Shown: one piece after another, positions 15,496 to 27,770 of the stretch
How positions within the stretch are numbered: the stretch's first letter is position 1
Layout of the letters: each line of letters begins with the position of its first letter
The notes under the pieces: generated by a model
Databases searched by the model: none
Seen by the model: only the letters and a program-made list of their open reading frames with translations
What the model was told of the DNA's origin: nothing
Program-made: the position numbers and the translations under genes
From: Octopus bimaculoides
Taxonomy: Eukaryota
Direction of reading: 5' to 3'
DNA length: 64,000 nt
NCBI RefSeq assembly: GCF_001194135.2
Contig: NC_068987.1
Coordinates: 55,387,116-55,451,115, forward strand

Positions 15496-17148
15496 CTGGT
15501 GTTCAGAACCTAAATTAGTATGAAATTCTAACTGAAAGTTTTAATCAAAATAATTTTAAGACATTTGAATTTGTATCAGAATCAGAGTCAGTCTCAGGTA
15601 AGTTGATCTTCAAGGGGTTAACAATTATAAAAAAAAAAAAAAAAATTTGAGAAATGTTGCTGAAGGCAACAATGTCTACCATGTATCACATTATTCATCG
15701 AAAAACAGATTTGATATTTCCTGTTTCTCCAATACTTCTTTAGTATCCCTTATGGAAATGTTCATATCCAGCACTAAAAAATTAAGAGAATCCGAAAAAC
15801 TCTCATCTGTAAAAAGTGTCACTGGGGATGTTTGCACTTCTTGCAGCATAAAGTTGTTTTTTTTTGAAGCTATGGGGTTAAAACATTTTCCACAGTTACT
15901 GGTAACAAAATTTTGAGTTATATCTGCTTTCCATGTTCAAAGAGTTAATGATTATATTGTAAATCCAAGTTTGAGAAGAAATTTAGATTTCTTGCTGTAA
16001 ATGTTTATAGATATGAATGTAATTTTGTCATTCTGAGATCCTTAAGAGCAAAATCTTCTATGGTCTCTCTAGCAGATAAATCTCCCTCAAATCTCTCTCC
16101 GATCTTAAAAAGGGATATATTGGATAATGTAGTCGTTTGAATGGTCATCTTTGGAATGGTTTTCATCATCTTTTTGCTTGATCAAGGCTAAATCTGGAGC
16201 TAGATAACTACCACCATCCTGCAGTAAAACTGAGTTGTGTCTATATAAGAAACCAAGAAAAGCGAAAATTAAAATGTTTTTCCTAAGTGTAAAACTGCAA
16301 GTAGCAGCAAGTTGACCATCTCAAAAACTTGGACAAATGAAATGTGCGACAAAGCATAAGAAGATGCAGTTGTCTAAATTCTCTGCCTTTTCATGTTATC
16401 TTACAACCTATTTCTTAATCACCATCATCATCATATGTCCGCCTTCCATGCTGGCACGGAGTGTGGAAAATATGTTATCCATAAACTAGCATGTTTGCAC
16501 TAATTTTTATGTATTGTTTCTTTGTGCCTTTTACTACTGTTTTGTCCATGCTAGTATGGCTTAGATGAGTATTTTATTAAGGCAGTTGATGAATATATAA
16601 GCGAAGTATTGTTTTACAGCTGGATGCCCTTCTTGTTGCCAACTGTTATCTGTTTTCCAAGTAAGCGGTCTCTTACTTCACACGTCTTTGAAGGTGCAAA
16701 GCAAATGGATGATTTGTTGACAGGAAGTGGACAACAACACCTGTCATAATGAACAACTTACGTAGAACACAAACATAAACAACCCCTCTCCCCACTCTCA
16801 AAGTTGTACTTTATTTTAAAGATATTTCAACACTAGTTGTGAAATCAAACACCTGTTGTAAATGTAGTGTGAAATCACTTTCTTTAGGTTCAATCATTTA
16901 CTGCCACAGTATGCTATCAAATCTTGCCCGGACCCACATCCTACCATCTTAGAGAAGGATACCATGAGCAAGGTTTTCTCTGTTTTAGGTGTGTGTGTGT
17001 GTGTGTGTATAGTTATGGTATATTCTGTTAAGAACATAGTCGAGTACAGTAAAAAGCTCATTCACCTTCTGATTTACCCTGTGTTATCCAATGGTAGTAT
17101 TATACGTACATCCAAGTTTGCGTTTGGTCATCTGTCACGTGTGAATAG

Positions 17149-17359
17149 GTAATTGAATAAATTGGAGTCAACAAGAAGGGGTACGGACGGACATTTATGT
17201 TTTAATCACTACAATTGTTGCGATTCAATGTAGTTTTTCAGGTGTGCATAATCAAGTACCTGCACACCTGGAAAACTCTGTTGTGTTAAAACAATTGTAG
17301 TGATTAAGAAATAAATGTCCAATCATACCCCTTCTTGTTGACTCCAATTTATTCAATTA

Positions 17360-17360
<1 letters not shown>
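17149..17360. repeat. Foldback (long inverted repeat) element
   Basis: Arms of about 100 bp. The outer 35 bp are perfectly complementary and the loop is 12 nt (17249-17260). Confidence 0.85.
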
Positions 17361-17415
<55 letters not shown>

Positions 17416-18136
17416 AGCGATGGTCACTGATAGAGCTCTCTTGTTCTTAGGTTTGCTCACTCAGAGCTGAACTTGGGGTAAGCAAAGGTTATTCTTTAAA
17501 ATTTTTGCATTGATTCAACAACCGCAATTAATATTGTTTTCAAAATTCGGCACAAGATCAACAATTTCGGGGGATGGGGCTTGTCGATTACAGAGGCCCT
17601 TAGTTTTAGTGACCTCTAAAGGATGACCAGTAAAGTCAACTTCTGTTGTATTTATTAATCACTGAAATTTCTATCCAAGGGAGATAACTTGTAAAAATTA
17701 TTTATCTTAACATTCATATTTGAGTGAAAATGAGGCAGTTTACAGTAAGTGCATTTTCTATATGAATATGGGTATTTGGTCATGTGGTTTAGAAGTGTGC
17801 CTCTCACTCATAGTGATCCAAATTAAAGCCCACTGCATGGTAGCTTGGTCAGCCCCAACCCTTGAGAATAAAATTGGTTAGCAGGACAACTGTTGAAATC
17901 CGATGGCTTTTTAACTTGTAATTTGTATGCTTGTCATACTAATAAATATGATTAAATAACTGGAATATTCTTTATTGAAAAATGTGAACTCCATTAATTA
18001 ATTCAATCAGTTAAATTCTATTAATTTATTTGCTTACAGTTTTGCTATGCATACTAGATATTTTATAAACTTAGCACATTTCCTGATTCCTATGATACTT
18101 TTTTTTTCCTGGAAAGATACTGAAGAACTTCCTACA

Positions 18137-18690
18137 AATTAAGTAAAGTTAATCGCCACATCAAAGTTATTACTAGTTTAACCCCAGGCAGATCTTCTCT
18201 CAGCTGGTTATTGAGCAGTCTTGCACCCTTGCACCGATAACCATTTGGCAGAAGATCTGCTAGGGGTTAAACTATTAGTAACACTTTGATGTAGCGATTA
18301 ACTTTACTTGTTAGTATAGTTACTATTCTCATCTCTTCTTGAGATTTTACAACTAGCTACTTTGCTTGTTGCAAATCAGTGACTGATAGTCTCTTTGTTT
18401 ACGATATATTGCTCACTGGAGTGGACTCTGACCATTTCTCTGGTGACCAGGAGTTCGCGACTGAGGATGAACATAGTTGCTCAAAACTGAGTCAGTCTCG
18501 TGATCCTCTCATCTGCTGGAGGAAGGTAGGGGTTAGCTCCCCATGCTAGCAATATATAGGTACAAGGTACAGAGCGGCAGAGGATCTGCCTGGGGTTAGA
18601 CTAGTAGTAACAGGGAACAACCACTTTGATGTGGTGATTAACTTTACTTGTTAGTATAGTTACTACATGCATCTCTTCTTGAGATTTTAC
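18137..18690 (+). mobile_element. Hammerhead-containing non-autonomous retroelement (non-LTR retrozyme / Penelope pLTR-like)
   Basis: Direct repeat 18248-18360 vs 18577-18700, inverted copy 18141-18198, flanking 11-bp direct repeat aacttcctaca (18126-18136, 18691-18701) and an internal hammerhead motif. Confidence 0.65.
18449..18507 (+). ncRNA. Minimal type I hammerhead ribozyme motif (G12 mutated)
   Basis: Stem I tcgcga/tcgtga, CUGAGGA at 18461-18467, stem II gaaca/tgctc, [A]AAA at 18483-18486, near-palindromic stem III ctga-g-tcag, GUC triplet ending at 18497. Confidence 0.7.
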
Positions 18691-21231
18691 AACTTCCTAC
18701 ATATTATTAAAAGATTTGGTTGTAAAGTGGAGTTTAACAACTGGATCCTATCCTAAAAGTGTGCAGCCTAGTGATTGGAATGTTGCGCTCATGAGTGTGG
18801 CATCATGGTTTCAATTCCTGGACTGAGCAGTGCATTGTGATTATGACATTTCATTTCACATTGCTGCTGCCCACTCAGCTGTAAATGGGTAACCCATGTG
18901 ATGGAGTAGTGTCCCATTCAAGAAGGATATTGTGATCTCAGTTACATATACACTGACCCTATGAGTTCTAGGACTTAAGTTTGTACTTATTTTTTTTTTT
19001 TTATCTTGTCGTCATTGAAAATTTTTCTCCAATATTATAAGCCTATATGTGATAAATATATTTGCAGTGTACTAATGGCAATTAGTTAGAAATTTGCAAG
19101 CGGTTACTAGTACCCAAATGCCATTTGTTTTGTTTGGTTTTTGTTGCAATTGACAGTGATGGTACTTCACATACCATTTGTAGATTGCAGAAGCACCATC
19201 AAAATAACCGTGAGTTATTTTAAATGACATTACTCTTCTTTGACCTTACACAATGGTAACTAAGCAGAGATTACTAACACGTCATTAGTGACAGCTGATT
19301 GCCAGTATGGGTCACTACCAACCAACCAGCCAACCAACCAACCAAATGATTTGGGAATCAAGAAAACTAGTATGGACATTAAAGAAACAAAGTTCTCATA
19401 ATTGAAGGAAGACCAAAAATACCAATAGAAGGACAGTAACTACTAGACATGGAGCACCCCACTATACTGTTGTTTTGAGCTGTTGTCTGCAAAACAGCAT
19501 AAAGATCCTAACTTTGTTAATCATCATCATCAACTTTTCCTTACTTGCATGGAGTTTATTGAGACAGATTTTCGATAGTTGGATACCCTTCCTGTAACCA
19601 GCCCTTATCGGTTTCCATGCACAGTGATATTTTCCAGTGTCAGACATGCTTTTACAGAATACTGGAGATGAATGACACTGATTTTATGACATTCATTTAC
19701 AACTATCACACAATGTCAAGACAAGGAGACACAAACATACATATGTGCTCTTTCTCTCCCCATCTCACATATATGCATGCACACACAACAGGCTTCTTTC
19801 ACTTTTTGTCTACCAAATCCACTCACAACGCTTTGGTTGCCTCGGGTTATAATAGAAAGCACCTGTCCAATGTGCCACACAGTAGGACTGAATGATGTGG
19901 TTGGGAAGCTGACTTCCTTAGTCACACTGCCATGCCTATGTATAGCCAAGACTTTAAAATAATACAGATATAGAAATGTGATGGATGACACCAAAAGTGA
20001 ACTTCTCTATGAAGATAGTAATGACCTAGAAACAAACAGCAGTGATTGATGTGTTAGCAGATCTTATATTTAACATAAAGTAACCTAAACAAGGAGTCTT
20101 CAGCTGTCAGTGACAATCTCCAGAAACATATTTTAAATGAAAGCTTAGTCTTAAAATAGAGAGATAAAAGAACTTTATTTAATTTAATTCTTTCTCTCTC
20201 CCTTTGAAATTCATTGGGGCCTTGGGTGCATTGACAATCCTCCCTACTCCTCTATGTAGTAGAAATCAGTGGAGTGTAGAGATAGTCTGTACTTAGCAAT
20301 TCCTTCAAAACACCTGTAGGCAAGCACTGTGAACTGTTTGTAGCAACCATACTTGGTAGTGGTATACTCATTTTTGTTGATGCACAACTATTTTTCATTT
20401 AAATGAGATTTGTTTTTCACAAAATAAATCTTTGATAATATGGTCATAAGAAACTATTTTCATGAAATACACCTTTCTAATTATAGGATGCTTTTTATCA
20501 CTTGTAGCTTCTTATGGACCAGTTAATATGGTTACCTGATGCCTAGTGTAATACTTACATCTCACCTGTAGGTAACTCTGTTAAGAGTTCCCTCAGATAT
20601 AAACATTCAGACCCAGGTCTTTGGTATGAAGATATTTTTTTTTGTGTCAGAGTTTCTTCCTTCTTTTCCTCCTCAAGTCTCCAGGTTGTTGGTACTATGG
20701 CACTGCTCTTCTTCCAGTGACTAAGCCATAAACATAGTTATAATAGTAATGGTTTAAAATTTTTGCACACAGCCAGTAGTTTTAGAGGGAGAGGGTTAGT
20801 CGATTGCATCAATCCCAATCTTACAGACTTTGAAAGGACGAAAGGCGAGGTTGACCTCCACAGTATTTGAACTTGGGATGTTATGAGCTGGAAGACATAC
20901 TAATGATTCTGCTAATTTGATGATGATGATGATGATGATGACAGTAATAGTAATAATTTTTTTACATTGGTACAAGGCCAGGAACCTGTGAAGAGGGAAC
21001 AGTAAAGTATACTAGCAGGACCAGTGAATATTTCATGGAATTAATGGTAAACTTATTGGGTTATTTCTGAAAACTTAATCCAAAAAACCTGAAAGCATAA
21101 CCTGTGTTGTATCTGTATGGAAAGATAGTTGCTCATCTGCAACTCATTGGAAAGTGAAAAAATTGGAATATGATGATTACTTAATGCACTTTATATATAC
21201 ACTTTATGCACAATTTTATAGACTTAATACA

Positions 21232-24003
21232 TCCCCAGCCCATCAGGAATCACCGCAGTGATGCTCAAAATATCTGGTGGTGTCGGCTATAGCCTAGTCA
21301 CCCGTATAATTAACCAGGTGATATATGAAGGAGTCATACCCAATGACCAGTGTAGCAGCAACATAGTCAACTGCTACAAAGGTAAAGGTGACGCTTTAAA
21401 TACAAATAATTACAGAGGTATCAAGTTGTTGGATCAGGTAATGAAGGTCACGGAGAGGGTCATAGCCCAACTAATTAGGGAGTCAGTCAGTTTAGATGAG
21501 ATGCAGTTTGGGTTTGTGCCAAGGAAAAGCACCACTGATGCTATATTTCTGGTAAGACAGCTGCAGGAGAAATACCTAGCCAAAGATAAACCTCTGTACC
21601 TGGCTTTTGTTGACATGGAGAAAGCCTTTGACAGAGTCCCCCGATCCCTTATCTGGTGGTCAATGAGGAAACTAGGGGTAGATGAATGGTTAGTGAGAGC
21701 TGTGCAAGCCATGTACGGGGATGCTGTCAGTAAGGTGAGGGTTGGCAACGAGTACAGTGAAGAATTCCGAGTAGGGGTAGGGGTCCACCAAGGATCAGTC
21801 CTCATCCCCCTCTTATTCATCATAATCCTCCAGGCAATAACAGAGGAATTCAAGACAGGATGCCCCTGGGATCTCCTCTATGCCGATGACCTTGCCCTAA
21901 TTGCTGAGTCACTATCAGAACTAGAGGAGAAGTTTCAGGTGTGGAAGCAAGGATTAGAATCGAAGGGCCTTAGAGTCAACCTAGCTAAGACCAAAGTCTT
22001 AATAAGTAGGAAGGCAGACAAACCACAAATCCCTTCAGGTAGATGGCCCTACTCAATCTGTAGAAAAGGCATAGGTAGAAACTCCATACGATGTACCTAG
22101 TGTAAGCTATGGACACGACACATAAGAGGTGCAGCAATATCAAAGGGAGGCTAACTGGGAAGGTAGTTTTTGTATGTGGCAAATGCTCAGGTGCTATAAA
22201 CACTGAAAATGTGTAGAGAACAATTTCTTCCACATTCCAGAGAGAAAAACTAGATGTAGTTGATAGCTTCCGCTATCTGGGTGACCAAGTTAGTAGTGGG
22301 AGAGGGTGCGCTGAAAGTGTAGCTGCTAGAATAAGAATAGCCTGGGCAAAGCTCAGTGAGCTCCTACCTCTGCTGGCGACAAAGAGCCTCTCACTCAGAG
22401 TAAAAGGTAGACTGTATGACGCACGTGTACGAACAGCCATGCTACATGGCAGTGAAACNNNNNNNNNNTGAAGCATGACCTTTGAACACTGGGCCTCACC
22501 GAGGCAATGACTAGTGACTGGGACCTTTGGAAATATGATGTACCTGAGAAGACCTGGCAAGCCAAGTGAGACCATAACACATGGCCTATGCGCGTGGGTG
22601 TAACCAGCCCATTTATGAATACCCCTCATTCATTGGACACAAAAATGTAATAATGTTTGTGTGTGTGTGTATACCTGACAGAGTGTAAGTATCTTGAGAG
22701 AAAAGTTGAACCTAAGAAGCATCAGTTGTGGTGTGCAAGAGAGATGATTGCACTGGTATGGTCATGTGGCAAGAATGAATGAGGATAGCTGTGTGAAAAA
22801 GTGCCACATCCTAGCGGTTGAGGGAACCCGTGGAAGAGGCAGGCCCAGGAAGACATGGGATGAGGTGGTGAAGCACGACCTTTGAACATTAGGCCTCACT
22901 TAGGCAATGACTAGTGACCAAGACCTTTGGAAATATGCTGTGCGTGAGAAGACCCGGCAAGCCAAGTGAGACCAAAATCCAAGGCCTCTGCCAGGGATGT
23001 AGACAGCCTACTTATGCGTAACATTCCTTTGGACACTTAACTCCGCTTGCAAAGACCTGTTGAGGCAAGTGAAATCAAAATCGAACTAAATTTGTAGACT
23101 GGCACCCATGCTAACGTCTTCATTGAACACTAAACTTGGCTTTCAAAGACCTGTTGGGGCAAGCAAAAGCGAAATCGTGATGGCACCTGTACCAGTAAAT
23201 CACTAAGAGCACCGTCCGAGCGTGATCGTTGCCAGAGCACCAGCTGTCTGGCTTTCGTGCTGGTGGCACGTNNNNNNNNNNNNNNNNNNNNNNNNNNNNN
23301 NNNNNNNNNNNNNNNNNNNNNNNNNNNNNNNNNNNNNNNNNNNNNNNNNNNNNNNNNNNNNNNNNNNNNNNNNNNNNNNNNNNNNNNNNNNNNNNNNNNN
23401 NNNNNNNNNNNNNNNNNNNNNNNNNNNNNNNNNNNNNNNNNNNNNNNNNNNNNNNNNNNNNNNNNNNNNNNNNNNNNNNNNNNNNNNNNNNNNNNNNNNN
23501 NNNNNNNNNNNNNNNNNNNNNNNNNNNNNNNNNNNNNNNNNNNNNNNNNNNNNNNNNNNNNNNNNNNNNNNNNNNNNNNNNNNNNNNNNNNNNNNNNNNN
23601 NNNNNNNNNNNNNNNNNNNNNNNNNNNNNNNNNNNNNNNNNNNNNNNNNNNNNNNNNNNNNNNNNNNNNNNNNNNNNNNNNNNNNNNNNNNNNNGTGAAA
23701 AGGCATTCGAGCGAGTTCGTTGCCAGTACCGCTGGACTGGCCCTTGTGCAGGTGGCATGTAAAATACACCATTTCGAATGTGGCCATTGCCAGTACCTCC
23801 TGACTGGCCTTCTTGCCGGTGGCATGTAAAAGCACCCACTACACTCTCTGAGTGGTTGGCATTAGGAAGGGCATCCAGCTGTAGAAACTCTGCCAAATCA
23901 GATTGGAGCCTAGTGTAGCCATCTGGTTTCACCAGTCCTCAGTCAAATCGTCCAACCCATGCTAGCCTGGAAAGCGGACGTTAAACGACGACGATTATGA
24001 TGA
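21232..24003 (+). mobile_element. 5'-truncated RTE-clade LINE (RT, Cys-rich insertion, 3' UTR with (GAT)n tail); pseudogenised
   Basis: ORF 21258-22100 has QFGF, FVDMEKAFDRVP, VHQGSVL and LLYADD. Later stops, a locally duplicated C-terminal segment next to an N gap, and a tail ending gttaaacgacgacgattatgatgat. Confidence 0.92.
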
Positions 24004-24373
24004 TATATACATACATATATATATATATATATAGTTAGTCTTATATAAACCTTTATATTTGTTTTGTTTTCCCTTTGTTTTTTTATCTATTCATATTGTA
24101 AATATCTTTTTGTGATCATTTGCTTCATTTTAATCTGTAAAGTGGAAGCTGATTGATTGAAATTTAAGTCATTCAGCATTTACATTGTTAGTTTCCAGAA
24201 TCGTTCAAGTTATTCACATTTCTTTTCTTCAGGTATGTCCCCAAGCATCCATGCAAGCTGATCCCTCCCATCATGTGAACTGTAATGTTGACAAAGTCTC
24301 TCAAGACTACTTTATATCCCTACCTTTGGTGCCTCTCTGTTTGCAGTGAACAACCAGTATAATTTCAGCAACA

Positions 24374-24415
24374 ATGGCTCAAATGGAAACTGCATTCCCA
24401 GATGCCAAACTTCCT
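24374..24415 (+). CDS. Predicted first coding exon of the zinc-finger gene (MAQMETAFPDAKLP)
   Basis: acaATGg context. Exactly 14 codons end at a GTAAGT donor (24416). Phase 0 matches the acceptor at 27770. Upstream acceptors at 24232, 24346 and 24368. Confidence 0.65.
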
Positions 24416-24503
24416 GTAAGTTATGAAGAATATTCTTTCAATTACTCTTTATTTCTGTAAAATAACTTCCATACTCTTTTCACAGTTTTTTTTTAACCAG
24501 TCA

Positions 24504-24890
24504 GGCACAGGCATGGCTGTATTGTAAGAAGCTTGCTTCCTAACTACATGGTTCTGGGTTCAGTACCACTGCATGACACCTTGAGCAAGTGTCTTCTACT
24601 ATAGCCTCAGGCTGACCGAAGCTTTGTGAGTGGATTTATTGGAAGAAGCCTGCTGTATATATACGTGTGTGTGTGTGGTCTTTGTGTCAGTGCTTGTCCA
24701 CACCACTGCTTGACAACTGGTGTTGGATTGTTTACATCCCTGTAACTTAGTGGTTCAGCAAAAAAAAAAACTGATAGAATAAATATCAATCTTGAAAAAA
24801 AAAAAAGTACTGGTGCTGATTCATTTGACTAAAAATTCTTCAAGGCGATGCCCCAGCATGGCCACAGTGTAATGACTGAAACAAGATAGA
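24504..24890 (+). mobile_element. CORE-type SINE, family C
   Basis: gtaagaagcttgcttcc...gacaccttgagcaagtgtcttctactatagcctc, ending gactgaaacaagataga. Confidence 0.8.
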
Positions 24891-25504
24891 AAAAAAACAA
24901 AATCAAAACTACTTGAGCATAAAGCGAAGTTAGCTTTACTTGACATTGCTAACAACATGAACCAAGTGGGAAGACAGGCCAGCAACATTTTATTGTTTTC
25001 AGTTATCAATTCATCATCAACATGTGATATGTTCTGTCAGAACTTCAGTGAATCCATTCTTCTGTTGTGATAGAGGGTAAGCAGTTGTTTTGTAGCGATG
25101 GTTTACTGTGAGTGGTTCCCCTTGTCTTTCTCTTAGGGCAATGTAGCCAGATCTGAGAGAGAAAGAGAGAGAGCAGGAGGGGTGTTGATTCCAAAGACTT
25201 GTGACTAGTACTTGAATTTATCTGTTCCAGAAGAATGAAAGGCAAAGTTAACCTTTACTTGTATTTGAACTGAGAATGCAAATAGCCAGAACAGACAATG
25301 CAGGCATTTATCTGGTGATATGATTCTGTTAATCAACTAAATTATCAATTGATATCATTAGAAAAAACTAAAAAAAGTTTAACCCTTTTGCCCCCCTTTT
25401 TTTTTTTTACTACATTTCTGTTCAAATAGTTTTTGTTTCAATTAATTAAAAAAAAAAACAGAATTTATTAAAATAATTTTGTCATTATTATGCTAGTATT
25501 TTAA

Positions 25505-25720
25505 GGTAGTGAGCTAGCAGATTGTTAGCACACCAGGCAAAATGCTTTGTGGCATTTTGTATGTCTTTATGTTCTTAGTTCAAATCCACTGAGGTCGACT
25601 TTGCCTTTCTCCCTTCCAGGGTCAATAAAATATGTACCAGTTAAGCGTTGGGGTTGATGTAATTGACTTATCCCATACCTCAAACTTTGGTGGCCTTTTG
25701 CCAATATTTGAAACCATTAT
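25505..25720 (+). mobile_element. SINE family B nested in a MITE-like repeat
   Basis: gagctagcagattgttagcacaccaggcaaaatgc...gtcgactttgcctt. Flanked by the similar ccagtatt/gctagtatt and by a repeat beginning ttaaccctttt at about 25378. Confidence 0.65.
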
Positions 25721-25814
25721 TATGCCAGTATTTGGAAGGTAAATCAACATGAAATTGCAGTGGAAGGTTTTAATTTAGCTCATTTTAAAGCAATAACCAG
25801 GGGCAAAAGGATTG

Positions 25815-26130
25815 ATCATTATCATCATCATTATTTAATGTTCTCCTTCCATGCTGGCATGGGTTGGATAGTTTGACAGGAGCTAGCCTGGCAGAAGACT
25901 GCACCATACTTCTGTGTCTGTTTTGGGCATAGTTTCTATGGCTGGATACCCTTTCTAACACCAACCACCCCACCAAATGGGCTGAGTGCTTTTTATGTGG
26001 CACCGTCACAGGCAGGGTCAGCTTTGACATGGTTTTTACAGCTGGATACCCTTCCAAATGCCAACCATTTTACAGTGTGGACTGGATGCTTTTTAAATTG
26101 CACCAGCACTAGCAGGGTCACCAAGTAACT
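25815..26130 (-). mobile_element. RTE 3'-tail-derived repeat
   Basis: Reverse complement of the 23820-24003 tail (ccatgctggcatgggttgga, gctggataccc) with a (CAT)n end. Confidence 0.65.
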
Positions 26131-27522
26131 TGTTGAATTTATGAAAAATTAACACTACTCAAAATACATACCATTTTCCTGAAAGAAATGTTGATGTCAG
26201 TCTTTTAATTCAAATCTAGTCACAGATAACTGAGTTACTAATGTTTCTGCCTCTTAGCTCTCAGTCGGTTACTGGTTTGAATCCTTTCATTTGAGCCAGT
26301 TATGCACTTGGTAAACACTTAATTTTCAAAGGCTTGGTCCTGCTCCCTTTTGCAAATAGCTATAGTTTAACTCTCGATCAACCCTAATTTAGCAAATCCT
26401 TGTTGATAAACATTTCATCTATGACCACCATGGTTGGGTTACATTGGTCATTGTATTTTCTCTGATTTTTTTTTTAAGATGGCCAGGTTGTGATTTGAAG
26501 GAGATTCAGCAATTATTACTAGCAAGCCAGGCAACCACTTAGAAGCTCCCTCATTGACTCAAAATTATTGTGGTTAGGAGTGAATTGAGTTAATATAATC
26601 TGTGTAATATTGATGCCGGTATAGTTCTAAGGTTTTGGGTTCAGTCCCAGTGAGGGGCACCTTGTAAGTGGATTTGGTAAACAAAAACAATGACTAAGTG
26701 TGTGTGTGTGTGTGTGTGTGTACACTCATGTGAGAGAGTATGTGTGCATGTGACTGAGTGTTTGTTTGTGTATACAAGTGTTTGTGTGTTCATGTCTGTC
26801 TTAACATTGGGTGTTTGTTGTAAACAAACGTCATATGTCATTCATTTGCATTTCTGAGTGAAATTAGACCCAGGCCGTTATTCTGTTTTGAAGGACTAAG
26901 AGAAATAGCACCTTGCTTGGAAAGAGGTGGGAGCTAATATCAGGAGGAACATCCAGCTGTTGAAATCTTCCTCAGCAAGTCTGTCACTGATACAAATTTG
27001 GAAAAGCGGACAATTAAAACAATGATTATATACATAATGTGAAACATTAACTTGCATCAAATGTTGAGTATAAATGAATTTTGTGTTAAAGTCATTGATT
27101 AGTGTTTGCGTGATGTATAACTGCAAGTAGGTGTAAAGAGATATGAGCTGTAGAAGCTACTCTTAATTGAAACAGACCACAGATAGTTATATCATCATCC
27201 TTATTGCCATTCTCATTATTGTTTTACTGTCCAATTTTCCATACTCACATGGGTTGGGTGGCATTTTTTAAAAATAGATTTTCTATGATGAGAAGCTCTT
27301 CCTATCACCAACCTTTATTCAATTCCTAGTTAGGTCTTATTTCCGCCCATGGTTGGACATGTTTTCATGGAAGATTGGTGAGAAATGCCACTGAATGTAT
27401 GATGGTGAAACTCATTTACATCTATTGTACAATATTAAGACAAGGACACGCTAACATATACATACATGTACACATATGTACATACATACTTACATTAAAT
27501 GTGTGTGCACACGCACTCTCAC

Positions 27523-27650
27523 AATGGGCTTCTTTCAGTTTCTGTCTACCAAATTCACTCACAAGACTTTGATCAGCTCAGAGCTGTAGGAGAAGACATT
27601 TTCCCAAGGTGTCATACAGTGGGATTGAACCTGAGAGCATGCACTTGAGT
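27523..27650 (-). mobile_element. CORE-type SINE fragment, family C
   Basis: Reverse complement aligns to 24545-24650. Confidence 0.7.
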
Positions 27651-27770
27651 GGCAGTGGCTGCTTCTTCTTAGTTTTCTAGAGTTCATTGCATTGGCAATG
27701 GAACCATATTAATTTTAATTTACATCTTTTTTATTTTTGTTATTTTAATTTTTTTTTTCTCTCATTTTAG

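Noticed and set aside
22468-22980. Internal duplication of the RTE C-terminal segment
   Set aside because: Adjacent to a 10-N contig join, so it may be an assembly overlap.
23120-23932. Long ORFs spanning N runs (also 35102-35566 and 38398-38992)
   Set aside because: Artefacts of assembly gaps. The gaps at 23272 and 38687 both fall in the RTE 3' UTR, suggesting a collapsed repeat.
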